Shown: one piece after another, positions 14,310 through 21,048 of the stretch
How positions within the stretch are numbered: position 1 is the stretch's first letter
Layout of the letters: every line of letters starts with the position of its first letter
DNA from: Candidatus Vogelbacteria bacterium
GTDB taxonomy: Bacteria; Patescibacteriota; Minisyncoccia; Phycocordibacterales; JACOZG01
Direction of reading: 5' to 3'
Length of the DNA stretch: 21,048 nt
Assembly: GCA_043807405.1 (NCBI GenBank)
Contig: JAZDGA010000007.1
Span: 1 to 21,048 of the forward strand
The notes under the pieces: model-generated
The model's input: only the letters and a program-made list of their open reading frames with translations
The model's database searches: none
Told to the model about the DNA's origin: nothing
Translations under genes and position numbers: made by a program

Positions 14310-15333
14310 TTAATGCCCGTTTCGGGTGCTTGATTTAACGATTCCGTGTTAGGGTGTAAGGGTCGTTTGATTAAAAACTAATTCATCATGTAAAAATGCA
14401 CAAAAAAAGCCGATTTTGCGTTGCTTATGCTGTCATCAAAAAAGGTCAGCGACGCGGTCTCACTCGTTACTTTTGCCATCAGTGTCATTAATCTTTTTCT
14501 AGTCGGCGCCGGCCACAAGCTTGCCAACGAAAGATTTGGCAAGAATACATTTGGTTTAAACAAACTAAACCGCAACTTCAAGAAAGATTTTTAATTAGTC
14601 GGAAGAAACTAGACCAGTTTTTAGATCAATACGAAACGCCATCAAAAATCCATCAACCCCGACCAGTGGTAGTCATCATTGATGCCACCTACTTTAGTCG
14701 GAAGAACGGCGTTCTCGTCGCTCGCGATCCACTTAAAAAAGAGAACCTCCACGGCCATGAAATTGTCTCCGAAACCAAAGAAGAATACCGACAAGCTAAA
14801 GTCAATCTCGAGCGGTTGGGTTACACCCTCCAAGCGGTCGTTTTGGACGGTCGGACAGGTATTCCAAGGGTTTTTGAGGGGTTACCGGTACAAATCTGTC
14901 ACTGGCGCCAATGGCAAATCGTGAGAAGAAAATTAACTTTGAAACCAAAACTGCCGGCTCATCAAGCCTTGTTTTCGATCGGTCGGCAGATCGGTTCGGT
15001 GACTGAAAAAAAGCTGGGAAAACTACTCGATGTTTTTCAGAAACATTTTCGAAAAGACTTGGAAGAAAAAACTTACACGGAGGGGACCAATCGTCCTCGC
15101 TACACTCACGCCAAGTTGCGCTCGGCGTACGGCAGTCTGCGTCGGAATCTACCTAATCTTTACACTTATCAAAAATATCCCGAACTGAAAATTCCTAACA
15201 CCACTAATTCACTCGACGGGTCTTTCAACGCGCTCAAATCGCACATCAATGTGCATCGCGGCTTAAACAAAAATCGCCGAGCGAAAATCATCAAAAGCTA
15301 CCTCCGACTCTAAGCACCCAAAAGGAGCATTAA
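14310..15333 (+). mobile_element. Decayed insertion sequence (1,024 bp) with 22-bp imperfect terminal inverted repeats
   Basis: IRL is TTAATGCCCGTTTCGGGTGCTT (14310-14331). The reverse complement of IRR (15312-15333) is TTAATGCTCCTTTTGGGTGCTT, giving 19/22 identity. The transposase stop codon lies inside IRR. Confidence 0.7.
14396..15313 (+). pseudogene. Transposase (N-terminal zinc-ribbon + DDE-type core) interrupted by an in-frame TAA
   Basis: ATG 14396 gives MHKKSRFCVAYAVIKKGQRRGLTRYFCHQCH, then TAA at 14489-14491. The same frame then continues open (SFSSRRRPQACQRKIWQEYIWFKQT...VVVIIDATYF...PNTTNSLDGSFNALK...) to 15313. The first Cys pair is degraded (C-x2-Y). Confidence 0.65.
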
Positions 15334-15336
15334 ACC

Positions 15337-15404
15337 CCGAAAGGCGGCCCGCACCGAAACATAGAATAAAATTTTTTGCGAGACTCGCCGAAAGGCGGCC
15401 CGCA
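15337..15404. repeat. Two 17-bp direct repeats, CCGAAAGGCGGCCCGCA
   Basis: Identical copies at 15337-15353 and 15388-15404, between the IS right end and the GIY-YIG gene. Confidence 0.7.
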
Positions 15405-15419
15405 ATTAACAAAAAAATT

Positions 15420-15701
15420 ATGGCTTACAATATTTATGTTTTATACAGTCAAAAAGATAACCGAACATATGTAGGGCAAACAGGGAATCTTGAAAGAAGG
15501 TTATCCGAACATAATTCTGGTAAAGTTAAATCAACAAAATTTCGTCTTCCGTTGAAACTTCTTTTTACTGAAGAGTTCAGCACATCAGTGGAAGCAAAAA
15601 GAAGGGAGTTGTGGTGGAAAAGTAGTACGGGGCGTCTTAGACTAAGGGAATATTTTAAAAAAACAAATCAATTAACTATAACTGATCGCTTAATATGTTA
15701 A
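15420..15701 (+). CDS. GIY-YIG nuclease family protein (small stand-alone URI-domain protein)
   Basis: 93 aa. YNIYVLYS...RTYVGQTGNLERRLSEHNSG is the GIY-YIG/UPF0213 signature. Confidence 0.85.
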   Translation: MAYNIYVLYSQKDNRTYVGQTGNLERRLSEHNSGKVKSTKFRLPLKLLFTEEFSTSVEAKRRELWWKSSTGRLRLREYFKKTNQLTITDRLIC

Positions 15702-15727
15702 TCCAAAAAGTTTCCAAAAAGTAAAAA

Positions 15728-15751
15728 CCCCACACGATTTTTCGTATGGGG
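15728..15751. terminator. Hairpin between convergent genes (terminator mainly for the minus-strand unit)
   Basis: CCCCACACGA-TTTT-TCGTATGGGG, with 9 of 10 positions paired. An A-run lies on the + side, which is a T-run on the minus strand. Confidence 0.55.
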
Positions 15752-15789
15752 TTGGAGTTAGACGCTATTCTCCAGAGCGTTTGGCAGAC

Positions 15790-16329
15790 CTACTGCCGTT
15801 CCTGCTTGCGAGGTTTGACGAAGACCCACTTAAGATTGGGCAAGGTCCAATCTTCGGCGTAGGCCGCCAGTGTCGCTTTTTGACCACCCTTACTCCCCAT
15901 GATCCCGAGGCCTAGCGTTGCATACCCTTCCCCGTCATCGGCACAGAAAGGAAGCTTCTCGGTCGCGATCATGCAGTAATCATTTTCGTCACCTTGCAAC
16001 CTGAGTTGCGGAGCAACTTCGGTTGGGCAGAGTTGGAGGCCCTGCGCGGTTGCCCTCTGATTGGTTTCCATCCGGAGTGCTAACCCGTATAAATCGTCGC
16101 CCTCTTTCACTTTCATATGGAGACCCAGATCAAGAGCGGTAACTTGCACGAGATCAACTTCTTGCTCAATGCTCGCCACAGTAAATGAGTCGTGGCTGAG
16201 TACATCATGAGCGCGCTCTCCGAGTCTTCGTCCCTTCTTGGCGATAGCGCTCTTGAAGTCGTCTGCTGTGCGAAGCCCTGTTCCGAGTTTGATCGTCTTC
16301 CACACTTTGAATTCTGGCTGGGTATTCAT
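15790..16329 (-). CDS. Hypothetical protein (179 aa), conserved-unknown type
   Basis: AAAGGAAAG RBS upstream of ATG 16329. Motifs are FKVWKTIKLGTG, LQLCPTEVAPQLRLQ and KWVFVKPRK. I recall this pattern from unannotated proteins but cannot name a family. Confidence 0.6.
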   Translation of the reverse strand: MNTQPEFKVWKTIKLGTGLRTADDFKSAIAKKGRRLGERAHDVLSHDSFTVASIEQEVDLVQVTALDLGLHMKVKEGDDLYGLALRMETNQRATAQGLQLCPTEVAPQLRLQGDENDYCMIATEKLPFCADDGEGYATLGLGIMGSKGGQKATLAAYAEDWTLPNLKWVFVKPRKQERQ

Positions 16330-16494
16330 TTCTCTTTCCTTTCTTTTCTAGTTTTCAAAGACCTTTTCTGTTTCGCTCTTTTGAGCTCATCAGCGAGAGC
16401 GCACACTCTCGAACAGAACCTGCATCGATCTAGATGCAGGTCGTGAGTTTTCGTAAGTTCTCACAACTTATTGGCCAACTTATTGGCCGTAACT

Positions 16495-17244
16495 TCAGCC
16501 GTCGTCCTCGCCGAGCAGTTGCCTGAGAGCCCTACCCCAGTCCTTGCCTTGCCGGAGCCCCTCTCTTTTTTTGAGGTCCCCGTTGTAGGGGTATTTCTTC
16601 TCGAGCTCGTTGCAGGACAGGCGACTGCTCACTCCTTCCCCCGTCATTTCGTCTATTCCGAACTGCCAACAACCGGTACAGACGATGTTAGCGCCCAAGT
16701 TCCTTCCTGCCCCAAGTCCGCGGAAGCAGTCGAAGGCTGCCGAGGCCGGGTGGTCATGATGGTCGGTGTCGGTCACCACTGCCACGTTCTTTATGCCGAC
16801 AGCAAGAGCCAGAAGAGCAATCGTTGTTCCAAGAGGCATTTCCTGCTTCATCAGCTTTCCTTCCTTATCTCCCTGGGCCTGTTTCGAAGGCAGAACCATG
16901 AGATCGGTCAGCACCACGTCGAAGTCGGGATAGATCGTGGTCTTCGCGCGAGCTTCGGCCTTGGCCTCTTGATACTTCTGGTTGTCCTCTTTGGATGTCT
17001 TCTTGCCGGCAAACCCCGCAATGGGCGAGACGACGTCTCTGTCAACGGAGAAGAAACCTCGCGGCAGGCCTGCCTTTTCAAGCAGATCAGCCCGAAGCTC
17101 TCTGAAGGCCTTGTCGTCAGTCACTGGAACCAGAGCCTTCTGTGCTTCATCGTAGGTGCTCACAACCGTGAGGTCATGACCCGCAAGTGAGAGAACTGCC
17201 GTTTCGCGATTGACCGAATTGTCATCAAACACCAGGACTTTCAT
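16495..17244 (-). CDS. CheY-like receiver-fold protein with a large internal insertion and no recognisable output domain
   Basis: I prefer ATG 17244, with GAAAGGAAG 5 nt upstream, over ATG 17289. MKVLVFDDN supplies the acidic pair. FDVVLTDLMVLP supplies the candidate acceptor Asp, D114. VAVVTDTD is the candidate beta4 strand. About 65 aa are inserted between the second and third strand. Confidence 0.55.
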   Translation of the reverse strand: MKVLVFDDNSVNRETAVLSLAGHDLTVVSTYDEAQKALVPVTDDKAFRELRADLLEKAGLPRGFFSVDRDVVSPIAGFAGKKTSKEDNQKYQEAKAEARAKTTIYPDFDVVLTDLMVLPSKQAQGDKEGKLMKQEMPLGTTIALLALAVGIKNVAVVTDTDHHDHPASAAFDCFRGLGAGRNLGANIVCTGCWQFGIDEMTGEGVSSRLSCNELEKKYPYNGDLKKREGLRQGKDWGRALRQLLGEDDG

Positions 17245-17321
17245 GCAACTTCCTTTCAATGTACTTGCCTTGAGTTGGGCGGGTTTCATTTGAATCCCTG
17301 TAACCTCAACTCTCTGTGGCT

Positions 17322-17350
17322 AGTATAGCAAATTCATATCATCTTGTCAA
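17322..17350 (-). promoter_or_regulatory. Sigma70-like promoter for the minus-strand two-gene unit
   Basis: On the minus strand: TTGACA (17350-17345), a 17-nt spacer, then TATACT (17327-17322). Confidence 0.5.
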
Positions 17351-17431
17351 GTAAAATCGTCAATGCAAATATCAAAATAGCCATATATTACAATATATCT
17401 AGACATATCCACATATTTCTGTGGAAAAGTA

Positions 17432-17460
17432 TTGACACAAACATCTATTGGGTATATACT
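17432..17460 (+). promoter_or_regulatory. Sigma70-like promoter for the TrmB-like gene (leaderless geometry)
   Basis: TTGACA (17432-17437), a 17-nt spacer, then TATACT (17455-17460). The ATG at 17467 is 6 nt after the -10, and no SD is present. Confidence 0.55.
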
Positions 17461-17466
17461 TCCTTT

Positions 17467-18234
17467 ATGAAAGACGAACACACCCAACTTAAAATAAATC
17501 TTCAGTCTTTTGGTTTCGGTGAAAAAGAAGCCGATGTTTATATTGCTTTGCTTGAGTTGGGGAAAGGAACAGTCTCCCAAATATCCCAACAGGCGGGGAT
17601 AAATAGAACCACCGGCTATGACATTCTCGGTTCGCTCGTCAACAAAAAACTGGTGAGCGTGTCCGGCAAAAAACCAAGGCAAGAATACGCCGCCGAACCA
17701 CCCACGATGATTACCGATTATTTGAAAAGACAGATATTGCAAACAGAAGAATTTATTAAAAAAGTGGAGGAAATTTTACCGGAACTAACATTACTTCATT
17801 CAGTTAAAAACCGTCCGAAGATTCGTTTCTATGAGGGCGTTGATGGTCTAGAATATGTCTACGAGGACACGCTCACCAGCTCCGAGCCGATTAGGGCTTA
17901 TGCGACGGTGGATGATATGCACAAAGCTCTGCCAAACTATTTTCCGAAATATTACAAAAGGCGTGCCGAAAAAAATATTTTAATTCGGGCGATTGTTCCA
18001 GAAACCCCAACCTCTCGTGAACGCCAAACTCACGACAAAGAAGAAAAAAGAGAAATTGCGTTTGTCCCGGCCGATAAATATTATTTCTCACCGGAAATAA
18101 ATATCTATGACAATAAGGTGATGATTGCTTCGTGGCGAGAAAAACTTGGCATTATTATTGAGAGCGAAGAAATTGCCGACGCGATGAAAAAAACTTATGA
18201 ATTAGCTTGGCTCGGGGCAAAAACTCTAAAATGA
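17467..18234 (+). CDS. TrmB-family winged-helix transcriptional regulator
   Basis: LQSFGFGEKEADVYIALLELGKGTVSQISQQAGINRTTGYDILGSLVNKKLV is the typical TrmB N-terminal wHTH. I chose ATG 17467 rather than the TTG 17344 in the ORF track. Confidence 0.75.
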   Translation: MKDEHTQLKINLQSFGFGEKEADVYIALLELGKGTVSQISQQAGINRTTGYDILGSLVNKKLVSVSGKKPRQEYAAEPPTMITDYLKRQILQTEEFIKKVEEILPELTLLHSVKNRPKIRFYEGVDGLEYVYEDTLTSSEPIRAYATVDDMHKALPNYFPKYYKRRAEKNILIRAIVPETPTSRERQTHDKEEKREIAFVPADKYYFSPEINIYDNKVMIASWREKLGIIIESEEIADAMKKTYELAWLGAKTLK

Positions 18235-18248
18235 GGTAGAGTAATAAT

Positions 18249-19412
18249 ATGAAATCGAAAAATAATTTGCGGACTTGGATTGAGGTGGATACTAAAGCGC
18301 TCGCGCGCAATTATTTGGCGTTTCGGAAATTACTTGCCCGACCGAAAGGTTTAGGGGTTGGTCCGCCAGTGAAATTAATGGCGGTGGTTAAGTCGAACGC
18401 CTACGGTCACGGCTTGATTGATTTTTCTAAACAGATGGTCAAGCTTGGCGCTGATTGGCTTGGGGTGGATTCAATTATTGAGGCGATTACACTTCGACAG
18501 GCGGGAATTAATAAAAATATTTTAGTGCTCGGTTATACGCAATCAGTTAATTTTCCAATCGCGGTGAAAAATAATATTGTTGTGACCATTTCTTCACTCA
18601 ATTCTCTCCGCCAAATTTTAGCGATGTCGCGCCCGCCCCAGTTTCAGCTCAAACTTGATACGGGTATGCATCGGCAGGGTTTCACTTCGGTTGATCTCGT
18701 TTCGGCCTTGGCGCTTCTTGCCCGACCGTCCGTTAGGCGCGGGCGGGTTTTCTCTAAATTAGTTGGTGTTTACAGTCACCTCGCTAGCGCTTCTAACAAA
18801 AATCATACCGCCGAAACTCACCAACAGATTGTGATGTTTGAAAACGCGCTTGATCAACTCGCACAAGCTGGCTTTCCTCGCCAGTCGCTCGTTAAGCATC
18901 TCGCGGCGACCGGCGGGACGATTGGTTATCCCGAAGCACGCTATGATCTGGCGCGAATCGGCCTTGGTTTCTATGGTTACTATCCAAGTCAAGAATGGCA
19001 GAAAAATTTTGCCAAAAAAATTAAATTACACCCGGCGCTCACTTGGAAAACAATTATTAGTGAAGTGAAAACGATTACCGAGCGGGGAGCGGTGGGTTAC
19101 GATTTCACCGAGCAAACGAAGTCGGGGACGAAGCTCGCCGTCTGCCCGATCGGTTACTGGCACGGTTTTCCGCGCGCTCTCTCTAGTTGTGGCGAGGTAA
19201 TGGTGCGTGGCGCGCGGACCAAAGTCATCGGTCGGGTCTCAATGGATATGATTGTGATTGATGTGACGCGCATTCGCGGGGTTAAGCAGGGTGATGTTGT
19301 CACCTTGATTGGCGAAAAAATTTCCGCCGAGCGTCTCGCCGTCCTTGCCCACACCTCCGTCTACGAAATCATCACTCGCTTGAATCCTCTAATCCAGAAG
19401 TTTTATATTTGA
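18249..19412 (+). CDS. alr: Alanine racemase
   Basis: 387 aa. The PLP-lysine motif is AVVKSNAYGHG. The C-terminal beta-domain carries GYWHGFPR and RVSMDMIVIDVT. Confidence 0.9.
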   Translation: MKSKNNLRTWIEVDTKALARNYLAFRKLLARPKGLGVGPPVKLMAVVKSNAYGHGLIDFSKQMVKLGADWLGVDSIIEAITLRQAGINKNILVLGYTQSVNFPIAVKNNIVVTISSLNSLRQILAMSRPPQFQLKLDTGMHRQGFTSVDLVSALALLARPSVRRGRVFSKLVGVYSHLASASNKNHTAETHQQIVMFENALDQLAQAGFPRQSLVKHLAATGGTIGYPEARYDLARIGLGFYGYYPSQEWQKNFAKKIKLHPALTWKTIISEVKTITERGAVGYDFTEQTKSGTKLAVCPIGYWHGFPRALSSCGEVMVRGARTKVIGRVSMDMIVIDVTRIRGVKQGDVVTLIGEKISAERLAVLAHTSVYEIITRLNPLIQKFYI

Positions 19413-19413
19413 T

Positions 19414-19443
19414 TTGACGCTGACATATCAATTTTGCTATACT
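19414..19443 (+). promoter_or_regulatory. Putative promoter of the toxin-antitoxin pair
   Basis: TTGACG (19414-19419), an 18-nt spacer, then TATACT (19438-19443). Confidence 0.45.
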
Positions 19444-19482
19444 GGTAACATAAAGGTCGAGTGAGCATAATTTATCAATGCA

Positions 19483-19803
19483 ATGGAAAAAACTGATCCG
19501 CATTTATATGAAGTCAGAATTTTTCGTAAGGTAACCAAATTTGTCGATGGATTAACGCACACGGACAGGGTGAAGGTTACGGCGAATATTAAAATAATGG
19601 AGATGGGCGGGTTTGATTCTGTTTACATCAAAACGCTCAGAGGCGCCGTCAAAGAGTTGATTATCAAAAAACACCGTTTTGTTTTCTTTGTCCATGAACA
19701 CACTATTTATCTAGTTAGCGCTTTTATTAAGAAAACCCAAAAGACACCACCACGAGAAATTAACAACGCAGAAAAGATATATAAAATAACAATCAAAAAA
19801 TAA
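19483..19803 (+). CDS. Type II toxin, RelE/ParE superfamily (Gp49/HigB-like)
   Basis: 106 aa. IYLVSAFIKKTQKTPPREINNAEKIYK matches the Gp49-like C-terminal signature (KKTQKTP..EI..A). An HTH gene follows after 1 nt. Confidence 0.75.
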   Translation: MEKTDPHLYEVRIFRKVTKFVDGLTHTDRVKVTANIKIMEMGGFDSVYIKTLRGAVKELIIKKHRFVFFVHEHTIYLVSAFIKKTQKTPPREINNAEKIYKITIKK

Positions 19804-19804
19804 A

Positions 19805-20119
19805 ATGAAAAATAAAATAATAAAAAAAGTTAGCAAAAAAGATGAACTCAAGTTTTACACTTTTGATGAGGCGTTCGGCAAATATTTCCGCTCGAAGAAA
19901 TTTCAAAAAGCGTATGATGAAGAATTGGCGCGGCTAAAACTAGCCCATCAGATCAGAACGATGCGACGGTACCAAAAATTGACGCAAAAGGAAACCGCGA
20001 AAAAAGCCAGGATGCCCCAATCAGTCATTGCGCGGATTGAGAGCGGTACCCATGGTTACTCTCTCGGCACTCTCTCTCGCATTGCCAGTGTCTTCAATAA
20101 AGAGATCCAGTTGGTTTAG
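19805..20119 (+). CDS. XRE-family helix-turn-helix antitoxin (HigA-like)
   Basis: The HTH_3 core is IRTMRRYQKLTQKETAKKARMPQSVIARIESG. The toxin-first gene order is typical of HigBA. Confidence 0.8.
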   Translation: MKNKIIKKVSKKDELKFYTFDEAFGKYFRSKKFQKAYDEELARLKLAHQIRTMRRYQKLTQKETAKKARMPQSVIARIESGTHGYSLGTLSRIASVFNKEIQLV

Positions 20120-20150
20120 AAAAGCCTCGTTAAACAAAACGAATAGATTT

Positions 20151-20456
20151 ATGAAAAAAAGTAAATTGGCTGTTGCGAGTTTTGTTTTATCACTTATACC
20201 GATAATCATACCGGTTTTGCTTTCCCTTATACCACTGATTCTTGCGGGGCAACTTTCGTCCTTTTTCTTTTTTGTATATTTTTCCGTCACTATTTTTGTT
20301 ACATTTTGGCTGGCGATCCCCGCTATTGCTTTAGGAATTATCGCCCTAATTAAAATAAAAAGGAATAATAATATAGGAGGCAAATGGCTAGCTATTGCCG
20401 GTATTATTATCAGTGTTGCATTGGTGATATTTGTGATAAGGACCTTGATAATATGA
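20151..20456 (+). CDS. DUF4190-like small membrane protein
   Basis: 101 aa from ATG 20151. It has several TM helices and the signature-like IALGIIALIKIKRNNNIGGKWLAIAGIII. The upstream extension from 20028 overlaps the antitoxin gene and is rejected. Confidence 0.55.
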   Translation: MKKSKLAVASFVLSLIPIIIPVLLSLIPLILAGQLSSFFFFVYFSVTIFVTFWLAIPAIALGIIALIKIKRNNNIGGKWLAIAGIIISVALVIFVIRTLII

Positions 20457-20462
20457 AGGATC

Positions 20463-20492
20463 AAAAACTCTCCGCCGCGGCGGAGAGTTTTT
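20463..20492. terminator. Bidirectional intrinsic terminator between convergent genes
   Basis: AAAAA-CTCTCCGCCG/CGGCGGAGAG-TTTTT. The 20-nt GC-rich palindrome is perfect and flanked by A5 and T5. Confidence 0.8.
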
Positions 20493-20512
20493 GATAGTGG
20501 GTCGAAGTTGAA

Positions 20513-20785
20513 TTACTTGACCGCTTCTTTGAGACCTTTGGCGGCGCGGAACTTGGGTACGCGCATGGCGGCGACTTGAATCGCGGCGCCGGTGCGGGGA
20601 TTCCGGGCGGTGCGGGCGGCGCGTTGTTTGGTCGAGAAAATACCGAGTCCGGCAATCGAAACCTCATCGCCCTTTTTCAAAGACGCGACAATCGAATCAA
20701 CCACCGTATCAACGGCCTGTTCGGCTTGAACTTTAGTTCCGCCAATTTTCTCATACACCGCATCAACTAGGGAAGCTTTATTCAT
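20513..20785 (-). CDS. hup: HU family DNA-binding protein
   Basis: 90 aa. MNKASLVDAV...GLGIFSTKQRAARTARNPRTGAAIQVAAMRVPKFRAAKGLKEAV is the canonical HU/IHF fold signature. Confidence 0.9.
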   Translation of the reverse strand: MNKASLVDAVYEKIGGTKVQAEQAVDTVVDSIVASLKKGDEVSIAGLGIFSTKQRAARTARNPRTGAAIQVAAMRVPKFRAAKGLKEAVK

Positions 20786-20931
20786 AACTATAAAAAAATG
20801 GTTATTGGTAATACTCGACCAATTCTCTGTCTGTTCCTATTATACACGAATAAGCCTTTTTTGCACAACCATTACTATGGTATTATTTACCCTAGGTTTA
20901 TTAACCACCAATTAAATCTAATTAAATCATT

Positions 20932-21048
20932 ATGATTTTCATTAAATATCGTTTGCTTGTTTCGTTTATTGCTCTTCTAGCGATCTTCGCTTTAGCAATT
21001 CCAGTTTCAGGAATTCTCGCCCAAACCGGTCAGTCACGGGAATCGCTC
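20932..21048 (+). CDS. 5' fragment of a secreted or membrane protein (runs off the window)
   Basis: ATG 20932 is open to the window end (39 codons). MIFIKYRLLVSFIALLAIFALAIPVSGILAQ looks like a signal peptide. It is too short for the ORF track. Confidence 0.3.
   Translation, partial: MIFIKYRLLVSFIALLAIFALAIPVSGILAQTGQSRESL

Noticed and set aside
14486-14494. Programmed frameshift or stop-codon recoding in the transposase (IS1-style InsA/InsB fusion)
   Set aside because: Counting codons shows the zinc-ribbon segment (from ATG 14396) and the DDE segment (ORF track 14666-15313) are in the same frame, separated only by TAA 14489-14491. No frameshift is needed. TAA terminates many well-supported genes here (both methylases, rhuM, rpsO, hup). 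The zinc ribbon also shows a Cys->Tyr lesion. A plain nonsense mutation in a decaying IS is the simpler explanation.
16465-16488. Possible CRISPR or other repeat array (also ATTAAATC x2 at 20911-20928 and the 17-mers at 15337-15404)
   Set aside because: Each repeat has only two copies. They are directly adjacent or have a single short spacer, with no repeat-spacer periodicity and no cas genes. These are not CRISPR arrays.
16471-17190. 239-aa plus-strand ORF
   Set aside because: It is antisense to the receiver-like gene. It has no RBS and an odd composition, while the minus-strand frame has a strong SD, a consensus promoter and recognisable CheY-like motifs.
17245-17289. Upstream ATG 17289 as the start of the receiver-like gene
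   Set aside because: It adds 15 residues (MKPAQLKASTLKGSC) with only a weak GGGA upstream. ATG 17244 has GAAAGGAAG at ideal spacing and starts exactly at the beta1 strand MKVLVFDD. It is kept as an alternative only.
20021-20464. 147-aa minus-strand ORF; also the 20028 start of the plus-strand ORF
   Set aside because: The minus-strand ORF is antisense to the DUF4190-like gene and overlaps the antitoxin 3' end. The plus-strand frame from ATG 20151 has the family-like GGKWLAIAGIII segment. The 20028 extension overlaps the antitoxin gene.
1-21048. Alternative genetic code (UGA recoded, as in some candidate phyla)
   Set aside because: Conserved genes (comM, alr, the TrmB-like gene, the ACP-like gene) are full length under the standard code and end in TGA. 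No conserved gene needs read-through of TGA, TAG or TAA.
1-21048. tRNA, rRNA or other known structured RNA genes in intergenic regions
   Set aside because: No intergenic stretch shows a cloverleaf-compatible arrangement (acceptor stem plus a T-loop GTTCRANNC) or rRNA-like conservation on reading by eye. This is a by-eye negative; tRNAscan-SE or Infernal would be decisive.

Overview
This is a compact, gene-dense bacterial segment that uses the standard genetic code: TAA, TAG and TGA all terminate recognisable full-length genes. Gene content and style suggest a small-genome uncultivated lineage (CPR/Patescibacteria-like), but that is inference only. All calls rest on reading motifs by eye; no database search was possible.

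Housekeeping genes:
- rpsO, a DksA/TraR-like zinc-finger protein, comM/yifB, a YdeN/RBBP9-like serine hydrolase, alr and hup.

Accessory modules interleaved with them:
1. nt 75-3417 is an AT-rich block with an EcoRI-methylase-like N6A methyltransferase, a RhuM-family gene and a DUF262(DGQQR)-HNH nuclease. The rhuM gene is bracketed by 55-bp direct repeats that duplicate the methylase-stop/DUF262-start junction.
2. nt 3443-5832 is a block of five uncharacterised genes. It holds a paralogous pair, an acyl-carrier-protein-like protein lacking the modifiable serine, and a 22-nt hairpin-forming element present twice with a pair-preserving substitution. This is my best candidate for an undescribed system.
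3. A C-terminally short rpsO is followed 3 nt later by a NYN-domain gene, then by two charged coiled-coil or membrane proteins that share an EAR(K/R)AMEG motif.
4. nt 8709-10434 is a second AT-rich block with an N4/N6-type DNA methyltransferase (unusual HPPY motif) and an unassignable putative restriction endonuclease.
5. nt 14310-15333 is a decayed 1,024-bp IS element with 22-bp inverted repeats. Its transposase carries an in-frame TAA.
6. A small GIY-YIG nuclease gene.
7. nt 15790-17244 is a minus-strand two-gene module: an unknown 179-aa protein plus a CheY-like receiver-fold protein with a large insertion. It is transcribed divergently from a TrmB-like regulator through mirror-image TTGACA/TATACT promoters.
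8. A Gp49/HigB-like toxin with an XRE antitoxin, and a DUF4190-like membrane protein.

Several genes have a -10-like hexamer 6-9 nt upstream of the start codon, which suggests leaderless mRNAs. I saw no rRNA, tRNA or CRISPR array.
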